A stretch of 64,000 nt of DNA from Tubulanus polymorphus (GCF_964204645.1 NC_134026.1:17270150-17334149), one strand, 5' to 3'; positions 13,733 through 26,273 are shown, numbered from the stretch's first letter. Program-made: numbers and translations. The notes: generated from the sequence alone by a model not told the origin.

Positions 13733-15447
13733 TGTACTTGGACTTGCCAGGGACTTCCTTTTATTGCGACCCTTCCCGAGGACAGCAGAACATGCTGTAC
13801 ATATCCAGACTTTAGGGTATCATTTAAGTCCAATACAATCCTTGTGAAAATATTTCACTTTACATACATCAAACGAGCACATAATCTGTGACATCGTAGG
13901 GTCGTTTTTCCGACAGAAACATATACCTGCATCATTTGAACCAGAGATATTTTGAATAGAGGGCACTTCGTTTTCCCTAGTAAAGTAGTAATTCCCAATA
14001 AGTTCAGGCAGCAGACATTTTTGGAAAAACTGTCGAGCAATGTTAACCTGTGAACTGAAAAATTCTTGGTTAAATCCTATCTTTTCAATTGCCATCGCGT
14101 TATTTGCCCATACAACAAAATCACATTGCTTAAGTCCTGTTGCATGGAGTTGAGTTTGTATCTCATAATAATATGCGTGATCTCGTTTTTAAAGTTAAAG
14201 CTCCATTGGAGTCAATTTCCATGCAGAAATTATGGTCGTTACTTGCTGATTCCTCAGCAGTTTTATCTCTGAGGCAGAATGGGCACTTGATTTCAATAAG
14301 CTGTATTCCGCAACAATCACAGGACACTATGCCATCGGGGGATGCTCCAAGAAAAGGATAACACTTATCTATGTAGAATCCACTTTCCTTCACTTTGCAA
14401 TTGATGTGTGTTTGATTCATGAGCTGGTCATAATTGCTTCGTGCAGTCTCCTCGTGCTTGCAACCCCATCTGGGAGGAAATTTTTAAAGTAAATATATTT
14501 CATTTAGAACTAGAAAAATATGGGTATCTTTAGAGAGAATTTCATGACCGGCAATTGGTAAGCCTAGTTTGCATATTTTTTACCTTGTTGCTTTCGTTGA
14601 AAAGGAGTACGCCTTTGGATAACCGATCCGCTTTATCAATGACAGGGAAGGTTTATCAATTGATGTTCTTGTAACAAATTTCAGGATAGAAGCTGTTATC
14701 CTTCCAGCTCTGTGCGAAAACCATACTGGACTTTCACTCTGCTTCCTGGTCAGCAATTCAACATTTTGGATCTGTAAATATATAATAATATAAGCCAATA
14801 TGCTCGAAAACCAGAGCTACCTGTCTTAGTACGATTTAAAAAGCTATAGCATAAATAAACCTTTATGAACATTTTACTATACCTGTTCATCTGTGAACAT
14901 TTTACTATACCTGTTCATCTAGTTCTAGAGATCTAGAACCTCTTTTGAATAGTCCTGTAATCTGTCAAGTGATGCTGTCAACTGGCTACTCTGGAAAAGT
15001 TCTGACAGTGGTTGTGGGAGATTCAATTGTGCTCCTTTTGGAAAATAGGCATCCGAAATCCTGGTAAAACTGATAAAACTGATAATTTTGAACCTGTGCC
15101 AAACATACTTTTGTAGAAATTATCAGCTTCTGCTGGAGTGACCATAGGGTACGATTTCACAGTATTAGTAGTTGATCCTGATGTAAAATTATTGTAGGCT
15201 TCGAGGCTTTTATATCCTTTTAAAGTCTTGGTAGTGTACGCCGAGGATTTATTAACCAGATATGTATGTAAATGTCTCCAAATTCTACGCTGGGAAGTGA
15301 AACGTCTTTGTCGGTGACCTTCGAAAACATGCCTCTCGGCAAGATATAAGGATCTCCGAGGCCTAATATCTGACATTTGTCCACGTATCTCTGTTTAGCA
15401 GAACCTTCAAGATGTGATGTTTCATCAGATAAAATTATTCCAGCCAT
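13733..15447 (-). pseudogene. YqaJ/lambda-exonuclease-family protein with C-terminal PHD finger (ISL2EU ORF2)
   Basis: WFSHRAGRITAS, LGASPDG, IEIKCP, CDFVVW; PHD CFCRK...C...C...FHKDC. Introns near 14471-14582 and 14772-14882; frameshifted. Confidence 0.88.
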
Positions 15448-16649
15448 TGGAGCTAGAGAATTGTTGAAATCTACGATTGAAAATAACGCATAGCGTAGTG
15501 AATCGATACCGCGTGTTTGACCGGCAATATGGCGGTGTACAAGATGAGTCACGTGATAAAACCACGTGTGTGCAACCCCTCTATAGGGCACATCCTCTCC
15601 CTAGGGGTAATCATACCGTGTAATATCAGAGTCCTGCGATCAACGGTTCTTCTTGAATCGTGTTCACAAGCTCATGCGGACGGACGGAGGGACGGAGGGA
15701 CGGAGGCGGATACCTACGCCACAAGGGGGACAAAAACACCGCCGGTGAGTCACGTGATGAGATGACGTCAGAGGTTGGCAACACGAACCCGGAAGTAAAT
15801 GAAAATTACATGCAATGCATTCGTTTCTCGGCGTTATTTTTTCGAGTTTACGATGGTTAAAAATGTGTCGCGTACAGGTGTTCTAACACACATAAGGATG
15901 GTGCATGTTTACACAAATTTCCGCATCCAGTAAAGGATGAGAAGCGATACAAAGAATGGATAAGGCAAGTGAATCGTACTCGTCAAGACTGGCCGGGACC
16001 GCCGCTCCCGTTTAGATCTGCTGGATGGCAGTTGTGCGTAATATGCTCAGATCATTTTTCCAAAGACAGTTACAACACATCTAATTCCGTTGCAACATCA
16101 GTCAACTACAGAAAACAGCAGACTTTAAAAGCTGATGCGATTCCAACGATTTTTAAACAGAGACCATTTCCACCATCATCGGTCGGCCTAAGCCTAAATG
16201 AAAGCCATAGGCCAAACAGTACCGGTAGTAGTAGTACGACGAAGTCTACCGCACAATCGGGAACCAGAAAAGCTATTGAAAAGCTCGAACATCAAAGTGT
16301 AGGTAACATTTTTTTCACATATATATTTAATTTCAAATATATCAACAGGCCTAATGGTTTGTCAAATGCATTAAATTGGAAAACCGTTGCAGGAATTCAG
16401 ACCATACGATTAATAATAGCCTACTGGTACTTACTATAATATTGTATATCAAATTGGATTTTCTGATGCTAGGTGAGTGATTATTCTTTGATTTGCAGGG
16501 ATTCAAGTACCGGTACTATTAAAGTTATTATTGATTACTTTCTGTTTCAGACATTAAATTCACTCCTGAGCTGTCCATCGTCTGATGAAAACAGCAATGA
16601 AAATATGGAGATAGATTTTGATGATAAATGCAAAGATTCGACATCGGTA

Positions 16650-16914
16650 ATAAGATAAAATCCCACTATTTACAGATTAAAAGAATTTAAAAACCAGAAT
16701 TTATTTATTCAATCAAAAATATATAAAAGACACGACGTTTCGATCTCACCCTAGAGATCATTACACCTGACGATGATCTATAGGGTGAGATCGAAACGTC
16801 GTGTCTTTTATATATTTTTGATTGAATAAATAAACTCTGGTTTTTAAATTCTTTTAATCAGTAAATAGTGGGATTTTATCTTATTATCCGTTCAACACGT
16901 TTGAGTTATCGTTT
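16650..16914. mobile_element. Penelope-like inverted pLTR remnant (foldback) with 10-bp TSD
   Basis: ~110-bp inverted arms; GACATCGGTA duplicated at 16640-16649 and 16915-16924; removal restores the transposase frame (...KDSTSV FDKFTQV...). Confidence 0.85.
16763..16804 (+). ncRNA. Minimal type I hammerhead ribozyme
   Basis: ACAC-CUGACGA-U-GAUCU(auagggug)AGAUC-GAAAC-GUC^GUGU: both core boxes, stem I ACAC/GUGU, stem II, palindromic ACGU stem III and a GUC cleavage triplet. Confidence 0.85.
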
Positions 16915-19900
16915 GACATCGGTATTTGACAAATTCACGCAAGTGAATTTCAAAGCGAATGTTCCACGAATTTATAGGCGTAGTAAAGGTAATTAAAATT
17001 ATGCACGCATTTAGCTAGTTATCTAACTGCCTCTGTAATTGTTTTTATGAATGGAAAGGCTTAGTGAAAGTCAGATTGTGAAACTTAACCTAAACCTCAG
17101 TCAGATACTATCTAATCTTTCCATTTATGTACAGGTGTAAACGTAAAACCAAGCACGAGGCATGTCACCTCTCAGCTCCCCACGAAATCCAAGGGATTCG
17201 GAATAGGCTTATCTGAATATTGTTTTAATGTTGTAGAAGTCCAAAGTGATAGTGACATTGACGATGAAGACGTAGAGTACGATTATGACGACCCAGATTA
17301 TGTACCAGCGGAAGATGAACAGTGTCAAGAAGATGAAAGGTATGTCGTATAGATATTAATTTGAGAAGTTCCTAGGCCTAACTTATTCATACTAAATATA
17401 AATTATGCTTATGCAGGTATACGTGTACCCCTGGTGTCTAATTTCAGGGATGAATCGTGGCAACCTGGTGAGAAATTCTATATGATCTCCGAGAGTCAAC
17501 TGATGTCGCTGTTCAAAATGTGCCCACAATGTGTCACTGAAACTGAGCCCAAAATTAAAACATCAAATGAAACTGCCATCTCTGTGCTTCAGGAATGCCA
17601 ATCTGGGTTTTGTGGTTTTAAGCGTGTCTGGCACAGCCAACCGAAAATAGCCAATGTGCCTGTGGGAAACATATCTCTCAGTGCTGCAATACTTTTTGCT
17701 GGATTGGCTCCATCTAAAGCCTTGCGTTTGTTTCAACATATGAATGTGCAGAGCATTTCATATGATACATTGATGAAACATCAATCAAAGTACTTAATTC
17801 CAGCCGTGAATGAGGTGTTTACCAAAGAAAGTGAGGCAATTTTGTCATCTTTGAAAGAAAAAGAATCCGATGGTTTTGCTGCCCTTGGTGATGGTAGAGC
17901 TGACAGTCCTGGTAGGCCCATGCACTTTTTACGTTTGAAATTATCATAATTCAAATTAGCAATTTTCCATGCCAATTTACGCGATTTTCATCTAGGTCAC
18001 ACTGCCAAATATGGAACCTATACCATAATGGAAAAGAACTCAAACAAAATCATATCGACAAAGCTTGTACAGGTATGTAAAATATTGTAAATTATTTCTT
18101 ATAAAAATTACACATTTCTCTTTTCATTTAACTTATAATATTGACTTCATTCTTTAGTCAAACGAAGTAACATCTAGTTCGGCCATGGAGAAGGAAGGGT
18201 TGATACGGTCTCTTGATGAACTGTCATCATTTGGTATCGCTGTCATAGAACTGGTGACTGACAGACACGTTTCTATCCGGAAAATGATGAGAACAGATTA
18301 TTCCAACATTAAACACAGTTTTGATGTTTGGCATCTAGAAAAAAGTAGGGTATCTGACTTTTATTACTAATTTATTTTAAAAATGATTTATCAAATAATA
18401 TTTCCTCACCTTTTCAGGTCTTGGAAAAAAACCATCGGCTGTTGGTAAAGAAAGAGGGTGTCAGCTCGTCTATGATTGGAAGCCCGCAATATCTAAACAT
18501 CTGTATTGGTGTGCCACTAATGGTGATGGGAATCCAGAGAAAAATGAGGCTATCTGGGCGGCTCTTTCTAATCATATAAAAGATATACACGTCCATGATA
18601 ACCCCCATTTTCCTGAGTGTCAACACGGAGAAATAGCAGAAAGAGAATATTTCACTAGCGGTAAGTTTAAGCTGTAATTGTTGTCATAACATGGCTAGGT
18701 TGTTTTCTATTGTTGATTTTATTTTGCCTCCTTTTACAGTTAATTGATGGACACTATATGTAATGGTAAATCTCATTGATAAATACTATGTTGTTGCTTT
18801 TGGCTTTATTTGTTATATCTATTTACACACATCTAATCTATTTTCTCTCACTATAAGCTTATGTGTAATTCTGTGCAGGCACATTGATGCCATGAATCCT
18901 ACAAAAAGCCTTTATTTAGGGGCTGGACTAGAGACTATATGGGTTGAAGGGGCTATATCTAAAATATCTATAACCAAAGTATCTTTTGCTCAAATTCTCC
19001 TGGTTTATGCTACGGCACTTTTTTTACATTTCGTATTGCACTGTGGTTACACTGGTACATATATATACTATAATATTTATGAAAAGATATATCTCATGTA
19101 AGTATTAATCTTCGTATTCCATGTATAGATTCGAAGGCATATACCAGGCTGACTGATGTAGCATTCAAAACACATTTCAAGAACGATGTAAAATGTCTAT
19201 CGCCGAACAGTGTAACGTCTGGAGTTGAGTCTTTCCATTCACTCCTCAATCATCTAGCGCCAAAAATGCTACATTTTAGTTATCATGGAATAACAGCTAG
19301 GTAGGAATTTGTTAGCATATCAGTTCTATTCCTAATAACAAGAATTGAGGATCTCTGCTGAAAACAATGCAATTGTTATATTCAATTCTGTACATTTGCT
19401 TGATCTACAGGTATCGTATTGCTGTATTACATCACAATGAAAATGTCAACAGAAGACAGGCTCAGACCAAAGACGGGGAAGATAAGATATAACATTGTCT
19501 ATCCCAAGTTAAAGACAGGAAGTTATACACTATGTAAAGTGTTTGAGCAAGCAACCTTTAGTAAGTTTCAAACATGGGCTTTTAGAGTATACACGTACAT
19601 GTACATGTATTTATATCTTAAAATTGAATTTTTCTTTTTTCCAGACTACATTAAACCACCTATGGCCTGTGTCTTCGAGCGCCTTGTATCTGGGAGGAAA
19701 TACTCTTGAGTGATAGAACCAAACCACCACCTCTCTCAAGTTCAGCAAAAAAACTATCAAAAGTTGAAGCTATTAGATTGCATAAGACCAGAATGACCAG
19801 GTTCACGGAAGACAAAGAGTAGATGACGGTTGAGTTCTCGGATGCTAGAACATAATTTATAATTTAAGAATATAACTTTCTTTCGACCGAATTGTTTTAT

Positions 19901-19959
19901 TAGAAAATTTAAAAGTTACAAAATTTAATACTTGTATATAAAAATTTTAACAGTAATTA

Positions 19960-21154
19960 ATTCAATGTTGGTAATTTAAATCTACGATATGTCCCTCTTT
20001 CATCAGGATAGGTTTTTCGAATTATTTTGACCACACACGAAGGAAGAGGAACTCTTTACTTCTTGCCAAGGATTCCATAGCACCATTGTATAAAGCGAGA
20101 TAACCTGTGTATCTGAACTTCCTGTAAATATTTCCAAAAATGGCGAAAATTAATTCATAGTTCCATGTTGTTTAACTAATGAAACTGAACATTTGAGCGA
20201 AAAATTGTTACAAAATATGTGTGATCACATCAATTGAATAATAATATATAAAGCCTATATCTATTAAGACATAATCTATGGCTTTTTACTTACGCTATAT
20301 TTGGCATGTCTGGTTCAATGTAGCCATCTGCCTTTAGGTACTGATACCCCATTTCAAGCGACCAAGGATCCAAGGATACAGAGCGGAACCCAGGATGCGC
20401 AAATATGCATCTTATATCGCTCCCACCCTCTTCTGCGGCAAACTGTTCAATTTTTCCAAGCACTGGGTTTTTTGTTGGCAGCAGTAACTCTCCTCAATCG
20501 TTTCCATAGGAATGTAGTTCTGACACTGACACCTAGAGATAGAGAACTAATACATGTACAGAGCCATTAAATTGCAATTAGGCCTACTTGTAACTGAGAG
20601 CAGAAATTTATCAATCTGATGTAGTCCTTACCAATCAATATTCTCTATCCTCTGAATTTCCTCCACACACTTCATAGCACCAATGTTATCTTCTCTCTGT
20701 TCATTGCGAAGTGGTTCAAGTTTCGAGAATTAGGCTTACTGGCTCATCATCACTCCCTGAATCTCATGATTAAAAATAATTTTAAATAAATAAATCAGAT
20801 ATAGTCATATAGCTCTGTTTCGATTTGAACTACATGATTGCTCATATGTTTGAGTGAGTAAAGTTTGTTTACTTCAGTGGTAGCCTCGAAAGTAAGCAGT
20901 TAAACTGTTCGCTGTATCTACCGTACTGAACCCGGAAGTAAAATCAGCAAGTGAGCTTGCCGACAGAGGGAAGATAAATTAAAATCTCAGCATTATTACG
21001 ACTCTGATTGACTCATGAGCGAGAGGGAACATGCTTCACAATAAAGGATATTAGAATACGTAAAAATACCTGCACCAGATGATGTATCAGCAGCAGAATC
21101 AGACTCTAAATCCGAGTAGTCACTGTCGCTTAACGCATTGCTGGGTACTGCCAT
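19960..21154 (-). pseudogene. KolX protein (P2X7 cytoplasmic ballast-like, Cys-rich), 4 exons
   Basis: W|CQCQNYIPMETIEESYCC...CIFAHPGFRSVSLDPWSLE...KFRYTGY..RFIQWCYGILGKK*RVPLPSCVVKIIRKTYPDERGTY, the P2X7 C-terminus/KolX motif set. Confidence 0.85.
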
Positions 21155-21356
21155 TTTGTTTATATCAACCTATGACCTCATCAGGTCACGTGATCCATTC
21201 GCGCATTTTCAGTACTGTACATTGATTTTAGGCAATTTTATACGCGATAATTATTACTTTATAGATTTTTTTAAATAAAAACACTGACACATTCAACTAC
21301 CAAAATGTATTTATTTTCAATCTCCAAGACCTGTTAACTCAAATTCTAGAACTACT

Positions 21357-21505
21357 TTAAAATGTTATCTCTTATCATGAAACGAATAAGCGTGGAATAC
21401 CTCAAGGGTCCATTTTGGGACCACTGCTTTTTTAATATACGTAAATGATCGCTGTAATTCATCTGAAATTTTGGACTAAAGATTGTTTGCAGATGATACT
21501 AATGT
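21357..21505 (+). pseudogene. CR1/L2-group LINE reverse transcriptase relic, right half
   Basis: NVISYHETNKRGIPQGSILGPLLF..IYVND...LFADDTN, directly continuing the left half across the TTAA duplication. Confidence 0.85.
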
Positions 21506-22603
21506 TTTTACCCCTAACCCCCTGGACCCTCTTGACCTGCTTGCCCTAGCCCTCTGGACCTTTAAAATGCCGTTATATTGTTTTCTATATTAGCCATGTA
21601 CTGTACCAAAAACTGAGAAATTCTCTTTCAACATGGTACATACGGCTCCACCAATTGCCCTTGAGATCGCGGGTTAGATGGCGCCAACGCACGGAAACAT
21701 TTCAATGAGGTGTTATAAAGTAATTTTGAATTGAATTTGTTAACGTGATGTTATTACGTCAATCGTACATGGAACATTTGGTTCGTTCTATGCATCGGAA
21801 ACTATGATAATTGCAAAATTAAACAACCTCTTCTCAAATTCACTGTCTTTTCACGGATTTTACAAATCTTTGGCAAATTCACAAGTTTTCCACAACCGTT
21901 TGTTTCCTAAATTCACAAGTTTTCCACATTTTCATGGTAGTGTGGGAGCCATGTATAATGCTATATTCATAACATTTCAAAGCGGCGTGCCAGCCCATAG
22001 CAACAGCTGAAAGGTCAGTCACATAAGCCAGCAGCAACACGCATCAGACCCCAGTTTTTGCAGTTAAGAAAGTCTCTTCATATAGATTAGGGACTCCAGC
22101 ATACCATTTGTTGACACGAACCTTTAATTAACTTAATACGGATACAATAAAGATAATTCCAAGACGGGACAATTGACGCGCAGCTTAAACACAGAGTCAT
22201 CATTTAATATTCTATTCATAATGTATTTCAACGCACTTTATCAAAATCACACTGAAGTGTTGACTTGTGAGAAACGATAGAAAAATCTAGCAATTCAATT
22301 AGGGAAATGCATTAGCACTATAGTTGAAAAACCACATCCAACTACCTAATTATACAAAAGCTTTGCACTCATATGGAATTATTTCCACCTTATCACAAGT
22401 GCACTCTGCCGTGGTGATATGCCCAATTAATGATAAAGACTTTCCCACGGTCTTACTATGGACATTTTCTAATAATTCAGGGAAATATTTTTCGAAAGCC
22501 AAATTTCACTCTTTGCATTAATAAGATTGACGTATGTATTTCTAAATGAATTGAATACAGGTTCATTTATATTCTACATAGTAATCAATTGAACATAACT
22601 AAC

Positions 22604-22726
22604 CTTCCTCGGCTCCCCAGAAAACCTTCTGTTATATGTATGTATTCCTTCGATAATCAATCTTCTGCTATCACAGTTGTTTCTTGAGACTTCTTCTGCA
22701 TTGAAATCCATCAATAATAAGGAAAC
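22604..22726 (-). CDS. RNF170: RNF170-like exon after the RING
   Basis: 123-nt phase-0 AG/GT exon: VSLLLMDFNAEEVSRNNCDSRRLIIEGIHTYNRRFSGEPRK, containing the RNF170 signature YNRRFSG.PR. The downstream transmembrane exon was not found in the window. Confidence 0.9.
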
Positions 22727-22811
22727 CTGATAAATATAAAACACATATTAGGAGAAACTGAAGATCTCCCTCCCACGTACATGCATCCGGGGCCAGTGGA
22801 AGTTAGACTAC

Positions 22812-22890
22812 ATAATGATAATAATACTAATAGAATTTATTCTTATATAGCGCTAAGTATCATAATGACTCGGAGCGCTTTACAGAAAAA
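22812..22890 (-). mobile_element. LINE (L2-like) 3' end fragment
   Basis: AAT-rich tail next to TATATAGCGCT...AGCGCTTTACA stem-loop. Confidence 0.55.
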
Positions 22891-23362
22891 TGTTCAACAT
22901 TACAAATAATTTCCCTTGAGCTAAAACATTTCAGTTGTAAGTTTCATCAAAAATATGTGTTTTAAGTTGCTTATTGAAGATTTGAATCGACTCACTCTCA
23001 AGAATCAACCCACTCTCATCAATCTCAAGAATGATAAAAATCAGAGCTGCCAACCCCTGAAAATTGTTTTGAGGGACAGAGATCCCATTTTTAAGACAGC
23101 CATCAATTTTCAGGGACATCCAAAAATTTCAGCATCTCAGCTTTCTTACTTAAAATCAAAGACTTATCTTGTGCCCACGTGAGGGGTGCTGCATCATGAA
23201 TGAATGATTCTTAAAATTCACAGACAAAAAATCTAACTCAATGCATGGGAGAGTTAAGCACTGACTGCTAGCTTCAGTGCTCATCTGCCATATCAAATCA
23301 TTCCTGAGTATTGTCTGCTAGCGCCAAAATGTTCATTTGCCATATTCTATCATGCCTAGAGT

Positions 23363-26273
23363 CAGTGTTTTCAATAAGAGCCGGGTCCCGGGTCCCAGAC
23401 CCGTCTGTCGTTGGTAAAGGATCCGCCTGTTTTTTTTCCCAACCCGCTTTCGTTTTTGGGATCGCGATCGGTTTCTTGCGATAATTAGTACATCCAGTAT
23501 AATGGAATCGGTTCCTGGCGGTTCTTAGTACAATCGGTACTTGAATTTTACAACGGCGTCGCTGATTGGCCAATATCGGCTTTGACATATCATTACAACG
23601 AATCGGCGTCGCTCTTTCTCATGGAAAGAATGCAGAAGTAACCGCTGCTTAGTGATTAACATTATACCCAAACAAACGGCCACGGCAAAACGGGCCTCAC
23701 GAAGAAGCGGAGCAAAGGTCCAGCCACTGGATTATTAAAATATTTCAAACGTACGTACATATAAATGAGTGCTTGTTCACCAGGCGAGGGGTAGTAGAAA
23801 TATTAACTTTGAAAAGTAATGTTGTTGTCAATTCATTTCAGACTTTATAGTTTAGGCCTAAATTTAGTCTACTCTTGTACTAGTAGAGTTTCTGTTTAGT
23901 GTGTATGAGTATAGGCTAGTATTATGCCTTCCACCACACGGCATTGGCGATTTAAAGAGAAATTTATTTAGACTTTTTTCTTAATGTTACTTGCTCAAAC
24001 GAAAGTATTAGGCCTTAGGCTTAGACTTCAAAACTAATAAGGGATATTAATTTTCTTGCAGAACTTTCGTTTTTTTCTTGTGAATGGTAAGATAAGAATT
24101 TAATCTGTCTTGGTCTTTTAATTGTTTTCACTCGACTTGGTCTATCCTGGGATATAGCTTTAAGATATAATACTGTCTGAGGCAGCTACTAACATAAATA
24201 CCACTGCTTTAATCACCCTTATCACCTTACATTATACTACTAAGCACTTTTTGGCACAATGGTTCTGGAAGGATGCAAAACTTTTGGTATTGTATGTTTC
24301 AGCGTTGGGTGAGACAAATGTTGAATCACAAACAGACGACAATCATGTCAATGAAATCAGAGTAGAATCGGAAGATGAAACCAGGGCGGAAACCGGAGTT
24401 GAACAACAAGTCAGTTTGAAATCTACTGCAGATCCTACACAGTCCACTATTTGTGGTAAGTTTAGGTTGAACAGTATCAATCATTGATCATATGCTAACT
24501 ATGTTTTATCATAAATCAAAATACAAAGTCTATTTCAGACTCGGCAAATGATTGAATAATTACACATCTGATGTGAAAATATGTTCCTGTTGTTCATTTC
24601 AGATTCCGATATTTGTGCGCTATTCTCATGTCAAAATCGGATCCATTCTCATTATTCATGTGTCTGTGGACAATCATGCACGACTTGTTCATCAAGGGAC
24701 AAATTGACCTACAATTACAAAAAGAAAAACAGAATAAAAACATTTGATCATAAGTGGTTTTCTCGTGAAGAAACTTTCGACGTAGACATGACAAATACAT
24801 ATTGGCTTCTGTACGAAGAAAATTCTGGCATGTTCTGTTAGTACTGTAGAAAGCATAATGCTAAAAGCAAATCGAATGGCGACGAGACTTGGGGAAGAAA
24901 ACCTTGTACTAAAATGATTACTGACTCCATTATAGAACATGCTAAGTCAGAGAAGCATAGAGATTCTATTGCAAATGAAATGATGCAGCTTTCATCACTT
25001 TTTCAAAAAAAATTAATGAAAAAAAATAAAAATGAATTTGATGTTCTGAAGATTGTCTTTCAAACATTATACTGGTTAATGAAAGAGGAAGTTGCTATCC
25101 TTAAAACTAAGAGTCTCCTAAGACTTTCGACGGATTCTGGTTTAACATGTATTTCCCTATTTGATCATAGTTCCATAAACACGATTTATGAAATAGCTCA
25201 TTGTATAGGGGATTGTGTCAAGAACAATATCGTAACTAAAATTGTAGGATCCAATCACGTTTATGGTCTATTAGTTGACGAAGTAAGTGATGTAACAGTC
25301 CAAGAGCAACTCATTACCTTTATTCGTTATGTCTCTTATACAACTGGTCAATCATCAACAAAGTTTCTTTCATGTCAGACCTTGCAGGGCTCGGCAAACG
25401 CTGAAAACATTTTCAGTTCATTAGAACGTTTGATTCAGACGAATGGACTTCCCGGTTCCAAAATGACAAGCTTTGTTTCAGATGGCGCTAGCACATTTAC
25501 TGGTAACAGGACCGGAGTAGCTGTTCGTTTAAAGAGATCCTTTAATGAGCTGATGATATCAATCCATTGTATTTGCCATAAATTAGCTCTAACATCAGCT
25601 GATACTGATCATTGCTTAGACCAGATAAATAAGGTTGTTTTGTCAATGAACAATATCTGGAAGTTTTTTTAATACAGCCCACGGCGAAGTTCGTTGCTAG
25701 CGAAAACTCAGTCAGAATTTAAAAGAATGGTTAGAAACTGTTGGCTGTAAAATCTCAAAGGCATGTCGCACACGTTGGTTATCAATAGAACAATCTTTAT
25801 ATACCATATTAGGTAACTACATAGCACTACTTCAAACTTTACGGCTGGAAGAGCAGCAACGTAATGACCCGACAGCTATCGGGTTGCTGAGACAGTTGAA
25901 AAACGTCTACAACCTAGGAACATTATATATTTTAAATGAAGTTGTGCCTATATTGTGCGCTCTTAGCAGGTCATTTCAATCATCGGAACTTAATTTTAGC
26001 ATGTTGATGCCTGCGCTGGATTCAGCCAAAGCAAGAATCACTAGCTTATCTGATCATATAGAGACCCTAATGAAAGACATTGCTGAAGATAGTGTCTTCA
26101 TGTCTTTGGAGATGAATTTAAATGCAACCACTGAGAATAACCTCAGGGGGTTATTTTCAAAGTACAAATCTGCAATTATTGAAAACTTAGATGCTAGATT
26201 TCAATCGAGTCTTGGGATACTTACCAGTTTTGGGATATTTGATTCCATGGTCATACCAGACGTACTCGTTTAA
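23363..26273 (+). mobile_element. hAT transposon, 3'-truncated (ZNF862-like transposase pseudogene ~24600-26273)
   Basis: CAGTG-initiating end at 23363; Zn-finger GMFC*YCRKH...EHAKSEKH; LLVDEVSD, SDGASTFTG, IHCICHKLAL, TRWLS. No matching right TIR seen. Confidence 0.82.

Larger units (their letters stand above)
11019..15582 (+). mobile_element. ISL2EU-type (PIF/Harbinger-related) DNA transposon
   Basis: Imperfect TIRs AGTCGGGTTGC / AGAGGGGTTGC; AT TSD at 11017-11018 and 15583-15584; removing it restores the satellite unit AATCA-AT-AGGGCAC; convergent THAP-DDE and YqaJ genes. Confidence 0.92.
9627..15736 (+). mobile_element. HINE/Helentron-like non-autonomous element carrying a satellite array (split by ISL2EU)
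   Basis: Starts AACAAG; subterminal IR TGTCCCCC (9655-9662) pairs with GGGGGACA (15725-15732); (GGAC/GGAG)n microsatellite at 15677-15706; internal tandem array. Confidence 0.75.
15853..19822 (+). pseudogene. Kolobok THAP-transposase, multi-exon
   Basis: Frameshifted THAP start CVAYRCSN...ICSDHF...AIPTIF; exons encoding GDGRADSPG|HTAKYGTY, SSAMEKEG, VTDRH, FDVWH, TSGVESFHS...APK, with GT-AG introns. Confidence 0.88.
9493..21356 (+). mobile_element. Kolobok DNA transposon with nested insertions
   Basis: Perfect 18-bp TIR AGTAGTTCTAGAATTTGA (9493-9510, reverse complement at 21339-21356); TTAA at 9489-9492 and 21357-21360; two convergent genes. Confidence 0.93.

Noticed and set aside
13820-14420. 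Phage or viral YqaJ recombinase as horizontal transfer or contamination
   Set aside because: It has spliceosomal introns and a PHD finger and lies within ISL2EU TIRs.
11141-21154. A single novel four-gene system (2 THAP transposases, an exonuclease and a P2X7-like gene)
   Set aside because: TIRs and TSDs show it is an ISL2EU element nested in a Kolobok; both gene pairs are known architectures.
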